Source of the DNA: Acidobacteriota bacterium | GTDB lineage: Bacteria; Acidobacteriota; UBA890; WLXD01 | Assembly: GCA_963666055.2 (NCBI GenBank) | Contig: CAXWPH010000015.1 | Coordinates: forward strand, 1,504,001-1,568,000 | Direction of reading: 5' to 3' | DNA length: 64,000 nucleotides | Shown here: one piece after another, positions 1 through 9,839 of the stretch | Numbering within the stretch: position 1 is the stretch's first letter | Layout: each line of letters starts with the position of its first letter | Program-made: the position numbers and the translations under genes | The notes under the pieces: model-generated | What the model was told of the DNA's origin: nothing | The model's database searches: none | Seen by the model: only the letters and a program-made list of their open reading frames with translations

Positions 1-2
1 TC

Positions 3-1448
3 GAGTGGGCCAAGGACGGCGTGGTTGACCGCCTGTTTCTGGTGCAGGCGCGCCCCATGACCGTGCACCGGGAGGAAGTGCAGACGACTCTCGAGCGCTA
101 CCTGATCGGCGACAACGGACCTCCGCTGGTCATCGGTCAGGCGGTGGGCAACAAGGTGGCGGCAGGGGTGACGCGGGTGATCCACGATATTCATGGGATC
201 GACGCCTTCCACGAGGGCGAGGTGCTGGTGACCGAGCGCACCGATCCGGATTGGGAACCGGTGATGAAGCTGGCCGCGGCGATCGTCACCGATACCGGTG
301 GACGCACCTCGCACGCGGCGATCGTGGCGCGCGAGATCGGCGTGCCATGCGTGGTCGGCACCGCCGATGCCACCACCGTGCTGGCCGAGCACGAAGAGAT
401 CACGGTGAGTTGCATCGAAGAGCAGGGTTTCGTTTATTCGGGGATTCGGAGCTTCGAGCGTGAGGTGATCGATCTCGCCGGGATCCCGGAGACCCGCACC
501 GATGTGATGGTGATCGTTGGCAACCCAGCGCGCGCCATCCAGCAGGCACGGCTTCCGACCCGAGGCGTAGGACTGGCGCGACTGGAGTTCATCATCGCCA
601 GCCAGATCGGCATCCATCCGCGAGCGCTGCTGGAGCCCGAGCAGCTCAGCGACGAGGAGCGCGCGGCGATCGGCGAGCGCACCAGGGCGTACGGGTCGGG
701 TCGCGAGTACTTCATCGATCGGCTCACCGACGGTGTGGCGATGATCGCTGCTGCCTTCTACCCCCACGAGGTCATCGTGCGGCTGTCGGATTTCAAGTCC
801 AACGAGTACCGAGGTCTGCTCGGGGGCCACCACTTCGAGCCGCAAGAGGACAACCCGATGCTCGGATGGCGGGGTGCCTGCCGCTACACCAGCCCCGAAT
901 ATCGCGAGGCGTTTCGCCTGGAGTGTGAGGCGATCAAGCGCGCCCGCGAACAGATGGGCCTGGCCAACATCAAGGTGATGGTGCCCTTCGCCCGCACCGT
1001 GCCCGAGCTCGAGGCGACGATCGAGGTGCTGGCCGAATTCGGCCTCCGTCGCGGTGACTCCGGTCTCGAGGTCTACATGATGGTCGAGGTGCCCTCCAAC
1101 GTGATCCTGTTGCGCGACTTCGCCCAACACGTCGACGGGCTGAGCATCGGCAGCAACGACCTGACGCAGCTGGCACTCGGGCTGGATCGCGACGCCGGTG
1201 GCTACATGGCCCAGATCGGCGACGAGCGCGATCCGGCGGTTCAGGCGATGCTGCGCATGGCACTTCGCACGGTGCGCGAGCTGCGCGAGGAAGGCCAGCA
1301 GATCCGCATCGGTATCTGTGGGCAGGCACCGTCGGACTTTCCCGAGATCACCCGTCTCTTGGTCGAGGAGGGCATCGACAGCATCTCGGTGACCCCCGAC
1401 GCTCTGGTGTCGACGATCCTTACTGTCGCCGAGGTCGAGGGTCGTTGA
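3..1448 (+). CDS. ppsA: Phosphoenolpyruvate synthase (5'-partial)
   Basis: Frame is open from the window edge (EWAKDG..LFLVQARP). Motifs: T-D-P-D-W-E-P, phospho-His motif GGRTSHAAIVARE, GLARLEF, RLSDFKSNEY, NPMLGWRG, SIGSNDLTQL, GICGQAPSD. Confidence 0.95.
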   Translation, partial: EWAKDGVVDRLFLVQARPMTVHREEVQTTLERYLIGDNGPPLVIGQAVGNKVAAGVTRVIHDIHGIDAFHEGEVLVTERTDPDWEPVMKLAAAIVTDTGGRTSHAAIVAREIGVPCVVGTADATTVLAEHEEITVSCIEEQGFVYSGIRSFEREVIDLAGIPETRTDVMVIVGNPARAIQQARLPTRGVGLARLEFIIASQIGIHPRALLEPEQLSDEERAAIGERTRAYGSGREYFIDRLTDGVAMIAAAFYPHEVIVRLSDFKSNEYRGLLGGHHFEPQEDNPMLGWRGACRYTSPEYREAFRLECEAIKRAREQMGLANIKVMVPFARTVPELEATIEVLAEFGLRRGDSGLEVYMMVEVPSNVILLRDFAQHVDGLSIGSNDLTQLALGLDRDAGGYMAQIGDERDPAVQAMLRMALRTVRELREEGQQIRIGICGQAPSDFPEITRLLVEEGIDSISVTPDALVSTILTVAEVEGR

Positions 1449-1512
1449 CCATTGTTTGGTAGGTAGCGCCGCCAGCCTCGCCCGCCGGGTCTCGGAATCA
1501 GTCGAGAAACAC

Positions 1513-4500
1513 ATGCCGCTGAAGCTCATTCGCGCCACCGACACCCGCACCCTGTGGGACACCTGCGCCGATCGCTTTCTCGACGAGGTGGGCGATAACC
1601 CCGGCCCCTCGGGCTTCGCGGCGCATCTTTGGTTGACGCACCGCAACCAGCGGGACCTGCTGCTGGAGCGCGCCGCGGCACGTGGCGTAAAGGGGTGGCT
1701 GGGGCCGCCGATCACCGACTTCCGTGATCTGCATCGGCGCTTCGATATCCGCGGCAAGGCCGTCGGGCTGCTGACGCGGCGACGCTTGATCAGCCGTGTG
1801 GCCATGCGGGTCGGCCGGCAAGTGGGGCTGACCGACCCGAGCCACACCGACGGGGTGGCTCGCGGCCACATGCTCGATGCGCTGTTCGGTGAGTTGCTGC
1901 CAGAGGGCGTCGATGCGGCGCGGTTGAAGGGCGCTTTGGCGAGCGTCGGTGACGACGCCTTCGCGCGGCGGCGCAACGAGTGGATCGTCGGCGCCTATTC
2001 CACCTACCTGGCAGAGCTGCGCCAGCGTGAGTTGTTCGACATGCGCTCCAGTTGGGCGGCGATCGCTGCTCGTGTCGACGAGGGCGCCCTGGTGGAGGCG
2101 CTGGGCGGCGCGACACGTCTCTATCTGTACGGGCTCTACATGACCCGATCGCGACGGCGCCTTCTAACCTCGCTGGCGGCACAAGGTGATGTGGATGTTC
2201 AGCTCTTCGTGCTCGCTGAGCCGGAGACCGAGGAGCTGTGCGAGCTGAGCGACGAGGTCGAGGACATCACCGGCGGCGCGGTACCCCCTGCTGGTGTCCA
2301 ACCGGCTCCCGACACGCAGCGCGAGCTCGCCTGGATCGCCCGCGAAGTGAAGAGCTTGCTGGTGCGCGGCGACGTTTGCCCGCACCAGATCGCGGTCATC
2401 GCGCGCAGCGGACACGAGGACACCGGCCGCGCCTACCACGCGCTACGAAGCGCCGGTGTCCCGTGCACGGCGGTGATCCGGTCGCGGCTGACCGAGATCG
2501 GGGCGCTCAAGGCACTGCTGTTGGTGTTCCGGGGCGCCGCCTCAGGATGGAGCTATCGTGCCCTGCGCGCCGTTCTCGACAACGCCTACTTCGAGACCGA
2601 TATCGACCTCCGCCCGATCGACCACATCGCCACGCAGCGCCGCGTCGTCGGCCTCGATGCCTGGCAGCGGCGGCTGAGTGAACTCGCCGAGAAGGTTCAG
2701 CCCGAGCGATCCACCCGGGGTAAAGGGTTGGCTCGAGAACGCTTGCGAAAGGACGTGGAGCGCTTCGCGGCGTTGCGCGCTGTGCTCGACCCGCTCAGTG
2801 CACCGCGCGCTGAGGGGGCATGGATCGAGCTGACGCTGACCTTGTTGCGCCACGGTCTGTTCGAGCTGCGGCGCCGCGTATGCGAGCCGGTGGCTGGACG
2901 CTGGGATGTGGTTCGCCTGGACCAGCGGGGCCTGGTGCAGACCGAGAGCCTGCTGTGCGAATGGGCGACGCTCGATCACTCTGATGCTCCGCTCGGCGTC
3001 GACCAATGGTACGCGCTACTGCAACGACTGCTGGAGGCGAACGAGCTGAGCATCACCACCCCGATGCACAAGGGCGTGCAGGTGCTCGAGGCGCACGATG
3101 CGGCGCTCACGCCGTTCCGCCAGGTGTTCGTGATGCACGCCAACGACGGCACCTTTCCACAGCGCGCCTCTGCTGGCGGCGTGCTGTCGAACGAGGAACG
3201 TATGCAATTGCGCCAGCAGGGGCTGCCGCTGGCGCATCGCGAGCTTGCGTTGCGGCGCGAGCGTGCGCTATGGCGCGCCGTCACCGGAGCAGGAGACGTG
3301 CGGATCACCTATCGAAGCGCCGACCCGACGGGCACGCCGTTGATGCCGTCGCTGATGGTGCCGCCGCACGATCCCGGGTCTGAGCTGCCGCGTACACGCG
3401 ACCCCTGGGACGACCCGGTTACCGCGGCTCAAGCGAATCGCCTGGCGGCGCACCGCTTGTTCGACGCGCGCACCGAGGATTCGATCGCGCCGGCCTCGCA
3501 GGATCTCGTCCGCCATGCGGTCCTCGTTGCGGTGGCGGAGTCGCACCGCGACACCGGCCACGAGTCGTTGCATTCAGCGCACCCGGCGTATCGACCCAAC
3601 CCGTGGAATGGCGAGTTGCGCGATCCGCGTGTGCTCGCCTGGCTGGCGTCCCGTTTCAACGAGGAAACCATGTGGTCAGCCAGCGCGCTGGAAACCTACA
3701 CGAAGAACCCATTCGTGTTTCTCGTCAAGAGGATCCTTCGCCTCGACGAGGTCGTAGAGGCCGAGGAGGAGACCACGCCGCTGGTGTTCGGCGCCGTCGC
3801 ACACGATCTGCTCGAACGCTTCTACAGCCTGTTGAAGGACGATGTGCCGCTCGGTTTCGACCGTCGCGCCGCAGCTGCGTTCACCGAAGCGGCTGCTGAG
3901 GTCATCGTCGATCGCGAGATCAGCGATGAGTGGACCGGCGCGCCGCTTCTCTGGCGCCAGGAGTGCGATGCGATCCTTGTCCGCGTACGCGACTATCTCG
4001 CCTGGGAGCTCGGCCATCTGGCAGAGAAAGGCGAGCGGCCGTTCCTCATCGAGTACAAATTCGGTGACCACGGCGGGGTGCTCATAGAGGGTGTGGACGT
4101 GGAGGACCGGCCTGCCTGTCTGCGGCTGCGCGGGCGCATCGATCGTGTCGACCTGACCGGGGCCGGCCCGCCCGGCCCGGATGGCTCCGCCACGTCGAAC
4201 GTGCTGGACTACAAGAGCGGCAAGACTCCCAGCGCCAACGACTATGTCGACGGCACCGCGCTGCAGGCGCCCCTCTACATGCAGGTGCTCGAGAACGCCG
4301 GTCATCACGTCGGCATCGGGTTCTACCGGTCGCTCAAGAAGGGCGGCGGCAAGTACACGCAGTACGCTGGCAAGATCCGGCGCCACGAAGCCAAGTACGA
4401 CGCGGCGCTGCAGTTCGCGCTCAGCGTCCCGGGCCGTATCCGGGCCGGAATGTTCGAGCCGGTGCGTTCGTTGCGGGCAGGCCGTTGGCCAGCGTACGAG

Positions 4501-4563
4501 CCCGATCGCGGCATCGCGCGAAGCGCGGCGCAGCTTCCCGCGGGGAGCCGCTTCGATGCCTGA
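1513..4563 (+). CDS. addB: AddB/RexB-like subunit: inactive helicase fold plus C-terminal PD-(D/E)XK nuclease
   Basis: Likely ATG at 1513. C-terminal motifs SASALETY, FGAVAHDLLE, LRGRIDRVD, VLDYKSG, LQAPLY. Overlaps the start of the downstream UvrD-type helicase. Confidence 0.8.
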   Translation: MPLKLIRATDTRTLWDTCADRFLDEVGDNPGPSGFAAHLWLTHRNQRDLLLERAAARGVKGWLGPPITDFRDLHRRFDIRGKAVGLLTRRRLISRVAMRVGRQVGLTDPSHTDGVARGHMLDALFGELLPEGVDAARLKGALASVGDDAFARRRNEWIVGAYSTYLAELRQRELFDMRSSWAAIAARVDEGALVEALGGATRLYLYGLYMTRSRRRLLTSLAAQGDVDVQLFVLAEPETEELCELSDEVEDITGGAVPPAGVQPAPDTQRELAWIAREVKSLLVRGDVCPHQIAVIARSGHEDTGRAYHALRSAGVPCTAVIRSRLTEIGALKALLLVFRGAASGWSYRALRAVLDNAYFETDIDLRPIDHIATQRRVVGLDAWQRRLSELAEKVQPERSTRGKGLARERLRKDVERFAALRAVLDPLSAPRAEGAWIELTLTLLRHGLFELRRRVCEPVAGRWDVVRLDQRGLVQTESLLCEWATLDHSDAPLGVDQWYALLQRLLEANELSITTPMHKGVQVLEAHDAALTPFRQVFVMHANDGTFPQRASAGGVLSNEERMQLRQQGLPLAHRELALRRERALWRAVTGAGDVRITYRSADPTGTPLMPSLMVPPHDPGSELPRTRDPWDDPVTAAQANRLAAHRLFDARTEDSIAPASQDLVRHAVLVAVAESHRDTGHESLHSAHPAYRPNPWNGELRDPRVLAWLASRFNEETMWSASALETYTKNPFVFLVKRILRLDEVVEAEEETTPLVFGAVAHDLLERFYSLLKDDVPLGFDRRAAAAFTEAAAEVIVDREISDEWTGAPLLWRQECDAILVRVRDYLAWELGHLAEKGERPFLIEYKFGDHGGVLIEGVDVEDRPACLRLRGRIDRVDLTGAGPPGPDGSATSNVLDYKSGKTPSANDYVDGTALQAPLYMQVLENAGHHVGIGFYRSLKKGGGKYTQYAGKIRRHEAKYDAALQFALSVPGRIRAGMFEPVRSLRAGRWPAYEPDRGIARSAAQLPAGSRFDA

Positions 4564-7500
4564 GCTGCGATGGACTCACCAGCAAGCGCGCGCCATCACC
4601 GCCGTCGGAAGCACGCTATTGGAAGCCAACGCCGGCACCGGCAAGACCGCCACCGTGATCGGCAAGATCCAATGGCTGCTGGGGCTCGCCCTGCCGCCGG
4701 ATCGGGACGGCAACTTGCTGCCGCCCTGCGCTCAGCCCTGCGACTTACATGAGATTGCCGCCATCACCTTCACCGAGAAGGCAGCCTACGATCTCAAGCG
4801 CAAGCTGCGCGACGTCATCGAGGAGTCGGAGCGTGCCGACGAGCTACGCTGGCAGATCGACCGCGCTTCCATCGGTACCATCCACTCGTTTTGCGCCGAG
4901 CTGTTGCGCGACCATGCGCTGCGCTTCGGCATCGATCCGACCTTCGGTGTGCTGGATTCGCGCCAGTCGTGGGCCGCCCAGGACGACATCATCCGCGGAG
5001 TGATCTACGAGGCGTTAGAGGGCGAGGATCCCGGAACCGGTGATCTGTTGCGCATCCACAAGCTGAGCGGCTGGCAGCACACCAACGGCGCCATCGACCA
5101 CGTGCGCAAGCTGATGAGCGACCTTCGCTGGTATGGCGACCGTTACACGGCGTGGAAACGTGATGGTCGGCTCGATCGTCAAGCGCTGGGCGCCCTCGCA
5201 GGCGTCTGGGACGACGACACCGACGAGGCGGCGCTTGCCCACTGCGATTCCCTGCTGCGCTTGGCGACCAGCGCCCTGACACGCTGGCAGGCACACCTGG
5301 CGAGCGAGAACGTCCGCGACTTCGATTCCCTCATTCTCGATGCTCGCACGCTGCTCACCGGTGACGATGGCGGGGCGGCGCTCGAGAGCATCCGGCGCCG
5401 ATACCGGATCCTCGTGATCGATGAGTTCCAGGACACCGACTTCGCCCAACGCGACATCGCCTTCGCCATTGCCGGGCTGGACCGCGGGCGTGCTTTGCCG
5501 CGCCCGCAGCTGTTTCTGGTGGGCGACCCGAAACAGAGCATTTACCGGTTTCGCGGTGCTGATATCTCGGTGTGGAACCGGGTGCAACAGGCGGTTCGTA
5601 GCGATGGAGAGGTGATGCAACTGTCGGAGAATTTCCGCTGTGCACCGCCGATCATCGACCTGGTGAACGACGTGTCGGCCGCCGCCATGGCCGACGTCGG
5701 CACTGCTCTCGAGGTTGAGAGTCCGGCGAGCATGATCGCCTACAGCGAGTTGGTCGCGGCTCGCCCGGAGACGCCCACGGCTCGGCTCGAGTGGTTGGTG
5801 GCGGAGAAGACCGGTGGCCGCGGCAAGAACGATCCGCAAGCCGAGGCGGCGCAGGTGGCCGCCCGCATCGAGGAGATGGTTGGGGTCGAAACCGTGTTGG
5901 GAGAGGGCTCGGAGGTGGAGCGTTCCATTGCCTATCGCGACATTGCTGTGCTCTATCGCAGCCGCGCGCCGCTGCGCTACTTCGAGACGGCGCTGGGGCG
6001 CAGGGGGATTCCCTACACCATCGCCGGGGCGCCGCATCTCGGCGACCGGCAGGAGATTCTCGACCTGCTGAACGCGCTGCGCTTGATTCGCAACCCGCAC
6101 GATGATCTGCGGGCGTTCGGCTTCTTGCGCTCACCGTTCGTATGCCTGCGCGATGAGGTCATTGCTCATATTCGGCTCGAGGCGCGTGGGCCCGATCTGC
6201 TCCGCCAGTGTGAGCGGTACCTGCGCCAGGAGGAGTGGTACGAAGCCCCTGAGCACGGCCACATCAGCAGCATCGAGCGCCTGGCGCTGGAGCGTGGTCT
6301 GCAGGCGCTGCGCCAGGCCCGTGCGCTGGTGCACCGCGCGCCGCTGGACGAGGTGCTGTCGCGCTTGCTCGACGACACCGGCTACCGTCTGCACCTGCAC
6401 ATGCGCCAGCGTCGCGAGGAGCAGCTGGCCAACATCCAGAGCTTCATCCAGTTCACCGAGGCGTACCGAGATCTCGACATCGGGACGTTCCTCGAGGTGT
6501 GGGACCGCTGGGACGAGCAGGACAACGGGCTGCCGCAGGCGCCGCTCTACAGCAACGAGGATGACGTCGTGACGCTGACCACCATCCACCGCGCCAAGGG
6601 GCTTGAATGGCCGGTGGTCTTCCTGGTGGGCATCGGCAGGAAGCTGGGCCACGATCCTTGGGGAAGGTTCTGGAGCGATCGGGAGCTCGGCCCGCTGCTC
6701 AACCCGCCCAAGTCCGATCGCGGTGCCCGCGCGCAGCGACTACACGATCGCGAGCGACTCGAGGATCGGGCCGAGGAGGCGCGACTGCTCTACGTGGCCA
6801 TCACCCGCGCGCGCGATCGGCTGTTGGTGGTTGGGGCCCACCAGGACAACAGCTATGCCGCCTGGCTGCGGCAGGGAATCGACCGCAACCCGGTGTTCGT
6901 CCGCGAGGAGCCTGCCTCCGAGCCGCCGCTCGACAGAGCGTCGTTGGTCGGCCTCGGTTGGCTCGACGGCATGCGCGTGGAAGAGCCCGGTCGTCTGGTA
7001 GCGCCGATCGCGGAGCCTCCGCCTCGCTTCGTGCACTCGGCCACCGAGCTCATGATGCGCGAACGGGACGAAGACGAGTGGCAGCGTCGTTATCGACATG
7101 GTGTGCAGGCTCCGAGCGAGTTCGTGGTGCAGCCACCTGAGGGGGAGCCGTCGCTGCAGCCAACTGTGCGCGGCACCTTGATCCACGGGGTGCTCGAACG
7201 CATCCAGCAGGAAGACGAGCTGGCGGCCATTCTCGAAGAAACCATCGGCGGCCTCGACGATCCCGAGCTCGAACGGTTGATGAGCTCGCACTCGCGTTAC
7301 CGGGCGGCGCTCGAAGCCGAGATCCGCAAGATCGTGCGTTCCGACGCCTGGAAGTGGTACGTCGAGGGCGAGAACTATCGGGAGCTGAGCTTCTTGTACC
7401 TACTCGCGGCACGCGACTGGCGAGTCGGCGCCTTCGATCTGTATCGCCCCGGCGACCCCGACGCCTGGGTGGTCGACTTCAAGACCCACGAGATCGGTGC

Positions 7501-7723
7501 CGATGAGGTGGCTGCGGTCGCCGCCGGTTATCAGATTCAGGCGCAGGTCTATCGACAGGCGGCGCAGGTTGCCGGGCCGGTGAGGGTTCGGCTGCACTTC
7601 ACCGGGCCCGGCAATCTCATCGACGATCTCGGCATCGAGTTATCCGGCGACGAGTCATGTGACGCCGAGTCACCCGACGTCGAGTCCACCGGCGACGGGA
7701 AGGAGCAGGGGACGCTGTTCTGA
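4556..7723 (+). CDS. addA: AddA/RexA-like UvrD-family helicase-nuclease
   Basis: ATG at 4556 (MPELRWTHQQARAI). Walker A ANAGTGKT, AITFTEKAA, TIHSFC, IDEFQDT, VGDPKQSIYRFRGAD, TIHRAKGLEW, LLYVAITRAR, and C-terminal nuclease motif VVDFKT..YQIQ. Confidence 0.9.
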   Translation: MPELRWTHQQARAITAVGSTLLEANAGTGKTATVIGKIQWLLGLALPPDRDGNLLPPCAQPCDLHEIAAITFTEKAAYDLKRKLRDVIEESERADELRWQIDRASIGTIHSFCAELLRDHALRFGIDPTFGVLDSRQSWAAQDDIIRGVIYEALEGEDPGTGDLLRIHKLSGWQHTNGAIDHVRKLMSDLRWYGDRYTAWKRDGRLDRQALGALAGVWDDDTDEAALAHCDSLLRLATSALTRWQAHLASENVRDFDSLILDARTLLTGDDGGAALESIRRRYRILVIDEFQDTDFAQRDIAFAIAGLDRGRALPRPQLFLVGDPKQSIYRFRGADISVWNRVQQAVRSDGEVMQLSENFRCAPPIIDLVNDVSAAAMADVGTALEVESPASMIAYSELVAARPETPTARLEWLVAEKTGGRGKNDPQAEAAQVAARIEEMVGVETVLGEGSEVERSIAYRDIAVLYRSRAPLRYFETALGRRGIPYTIAGAPHLGDRQEILDLLNALRLIRNPHDDLRAFGFLRSPFVCLRDEVIAHIRLEARGPDLLRQCERYLRQEEWYEAPEHGHISSIERLALERGLQALRQARALVHRAPLDEVLSRLLDDTGYRLHLHMRQRREEQLANIQSFIQFTEAYRDLDIGTFLEVWDRWDEQDNGLPQAPLYSNEDDVVTLTTIHRAKGLEWPVVFLVGIGRKLGHDPWGRFWSDRELGPLLNPPKSDRGARAQRLHDRERLEDRAEEARLLYVAITRARDRLLVVGAHQDNSYAAWLRQGIDRNPVFVREEPASEPPLDRASLVGLGWLDGMRVEEPGRLVAPIAEPPPRFVHSATELMMRERDEDEWQRRYRHGVQAPSEFVVQPPEGEPSLQPTVRGTLIHGVLERIQQEDELAAILEETIGGLDDPELERLMSSHSRYRAALEAEIRKIVRSDAWKWYVEGENYRELSFLYLLAARDWRVGAFDLYRPGDPDAWVVDFKTHEIGADEVAAVAAGYQIQAQVYRQAAQVAGPVRVRLHFTGPGNLIDDLGIELSGDESCDAESPDVESTGDGKEQGTLF

Positions 7724-7756
7724 CGCTCGCCACCGGTTCGCCGCGCCTAGCCGTGT

Positions 7757-8134
7757 TTACCAGAGAGTGGCGATGCCGTATTCGGCAAACTCCGCATCAC
7801 CGGTGATGCAGACGAGCCCCTCGGTCTGGGACTGCGCGATCAGCATCCGATCGAACGGGTCGGGGTGATGCGGTGGCAGGTCGGCGGCGCGCTGCGCGTG
7901 TCGAGCTTCCATCGGAAGCTCCAGGAAGTCGTTCTCGGCGATCTCCGCCTCCAGGTCGGCGTCTTCGACCCTGAGTCGTCCGAGCTGTCGTTTTATCGCC
8001 AGCTCCCAGATGGTGGCGGCGCTGACAAACACCACCGAGCGGGGCTCGGCGATCGCTTGGCGGGCCGCGGGCGGAAGCGAGCGATGGTCCATCAACCACC
8101 ACAGGTAGGCACGGCTGTCGAGCAACAACCTCAA
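7757..8134 (-). CDS. vapC: Type II TA toxin, VapC/PIN domain
   Basis: TTG start. LLLDS, SAATIWELAIK, HPDPFDRMLIAQ, ITGD form the typical PIN acidic residue pattern. Confidence 0.9.
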   Translation of the reverse strand: MRLLLDSRAYLWWLMDHRSLPPAARQAIAEPRSVVFVSAATIWELAIKRQLGRLRVEDADLEAEIAENDFLELPMEARHAQRAADLPPHHPDPFDRMLIAQSQTEGLVCITGDAEFAEYGIATLW

Positions 8135-8137
8135 GGC

Positions 8138-8368
8138 TCAGTCCGCGCGAAACGGTTTCGCGATCTCGTCTGGGAGCGGATCGTCGAAATCCAGCCCGAT
8201 GTGGATCTTGTCCTGAAGCCGGCCGGGTCGACGTGGCGGTCCCCCGATCGGTACGAGACGGGCAATCGGCTGGCCGTTCTTGGCGATGATGATGTCCTCG
8301 CCCGCCAGTACCCGCTCGAGAACGCGCGAAAGGTGGGTCTTGGCCTCGTGAATGTTGACGATCCGCAT
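8138..8368 (-). CDS. Type II TA antitoxin, Phd/YefM family
   Basis: MRIVNIHEAKTHLSRVLERVLAGEDIIIAKNGQPIARLVP is a Phd signature. Lies directly upstream of the PIN toxin. Confidence 0.9.
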   Translation of the reverse strand: MRIVNIHEAKTHLSRVLERVLAGEDIIIAKNGQPIARLVPIGGPPRRPGRLQDKIHIGLDFDDPLPDEIAKPFRAD

Positions 8369-8482
8369 CGTCGGTTCTCCCGCGTCTGCGTCGCGTCGGG
8401 GCAGGGTCCAACGCGTAGGGGCCCGGGTCACCCTGGCTGAAAGAGTGCCCCGGGACTCTCGAAAGGGGCATGAGTCGCTGCT

Positions 8483-8511
8483 ATCTTAGCTAAGTCGACT
8501 TAGTCAATCAA
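8483..8511 (-). promoter_or_regulatory. Sigma70-like promoter with palindromic operator for the TA operon
   Basis: Minus strand reads TTGATT-N17-TAAGAT. The perfect palindrome CTAAGTCGACTTAG (8490-8503) lies in the spacer. Confidence 0.7.
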
Positions 8512-8619
8512 GGCCGACGCCCCGATTCCTCGAGGGCGCCGCGCCATTCGGCCCGGTGGGGCTGCGCATCGTCAGAACGTTCTAGGATCTGCGCCCGGAG
8601 TGCCCCTAGAATCCGTCTC

Positions 8620-9441
8620 ATGGACGGATCGATTCCAGACACCAATCTCGCTCCCCAGCCGATCGGGCTCCCCGGCTGGGCGCAGCGCCTGAAGGACTCC
8701 CGTCAGCGGCGCGCCGGGCGCCGGTGCGAGCGACGGTCAGCGCGCCGGCGGCAACGTTCTGGTTCCGAGCGTCGGGTCTCGCCAGCCGCGGAAGCTTCTA
8801 GCCTAGGGCGTCTGACCGAGGTGCCAGAGGACGTGCAGCTGGCCGGCGTCGTCGCCCGCGGCCTACTCGTGCTGCTGCTCGTCAAGACTACGTGGTGGAT
8901 GATCGGCAACTTTGATATGACCACCATCGGGGCCATCGGTCCTAACGCTGATCCGCCGACATTCGTGTTTCGGGTTCTGTCGGGCGCTAACCTGATCTTC
9001 CACGAGGCGGGTCACGCGCTGTTCAGCGTCTGCGGCCGTTTCCTGCAGGTGCTCGGTGGCTCGTTGATGGAGATCTCGTTGCCGTGGATATGCGGCATGG
9101 CGCTGCTGTTCTCGCGCCGCGACACCTTCGGCGCTGCGGTAACCGCCTGGTGGGGCGGGGAGGCGCTCGTCGGGTTGGGTCCCTATATCTACGACGCGCG
9201 CGAGCAAGTGCAGCCGTTGCTCGGTGGCGTCATCGGACAGGATCGCCCCGGCTATCACGACTGGAACAACCTGCTGTCGTGGACCGGGTTGCTGCGCTTC
9301 GACCATGCCATCGCCGGGCTGGCGAAGACAATCGGCTACGGGGTCATGTTGCTGGGACTTGCCTGGAGCTGCTGGCTGCTGCAGCGGCAGTTTCTGGCCA
9401 GCCGGGTGCCGTCAGTGGACGGTCTTGGAGCTCTCGACTGA
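8620..9441 (+). CDS. Membrane protein, M50B-like HExxH metalloprotease-related
   Basis: Several hydrophobic helices plus IFHEAGH, LGGSL, YIYDAR and HDWNNLL motifs. Start codon uncertain. Confidence 0.65.
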   Translation: MDGSIPDTNLAPQPIGLPGWAQRLKDSRQRRAGRRCERRSARRRQRSGSERRVSPAAEASSLGRLTEVPEDVQLAGVVARGLLVLLLVKTTWWMIGNFDMTTIGAIGPNADPPTFVFRVLSGANLIFHEAGHALFSVCGRFLQVLGGSLMEISLPWICGMALLFSRRDTFGAAVTAWWGGEALVGLGPYIYDAREQVQPLLGGVIGQDRPGYHDWNNLLSWTGLLRFDHAIAGLAKTIGYGVMLLGLAWSCWLLQRQFLASRVPSVDGLGALD

Positions 9442-9795
9442 CGCGCCGTTCAGGAAGATGCGGCGCACCCGCGAGGTCATCAGCTCGCCCTCGGGCAAGC
9501 GCAACACCAGCTTGAAGCCCGGCATGACGAAGGCGCGTCGCAGCGCCGTGCCGGTTCCCGACAGGGTTGTTCCGAGTAGCCGCGCGGCAACGTGCTCGTT
9601 GATGAAGTTGCCGCTGCCGCTGGCCTTGACCTCTCCGAGCTCCGGATCTACGAACGCCAGCGTATAGACGCTGTGCGCCGTTTCTACCACCAGCTCGTCA
9701 CCGGCACGCAGCACGCGCGTGTCGAGGCCGTCTCGGTCATCGACCACGTCGAGCCCGTGCTCGGTTCCAGGTGAGGTGTGGAAACCAGTGTCCAT
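9412..9795 (-). CDS. Hypothetical protein (127 aa)
   Basis: Protein-like composition with GC3 bias; beta-rich (VVETAHSVYTL). No family recognised. Confidence 0.6.
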   Translation of the reverse strand: MDTGFHTSPGTEHGLDVVDDRDGLDTRVLRAGDELVVETAHSVYTLAFVDPELGEVKASGSGNFINEHVAARLLGTTLSGTGTALRRAFVMPGFKLVLRLPEGELMTSRVRRIFLNGASVESSKTVH

Positions 9796-9839
9796 AGCCT
9801 CAGCTTAACCCGCGGTGCCGCCTTTTTCCGCCTGGCGCT

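Noticed and set aside
4181-4555. 125-aa N-terminal extension of the helicase in the ORF track
   Set aside because: It overlaps addB out of frame and has low-complexity shadow composition. The UvrD Q-motif begins at ATG 4556. Similar over-extensions apply to the ORFs given as starting at 18368, 18990, 22475, 25793, 46277 and 49389.
1513-8368. Helicase-nuclease pair plus TA module as a novel defence island
   Set aside because: The order and motifs fit housekeeping AddAB next to ppsA, and the phd-vapC module is ordinary and convergent.
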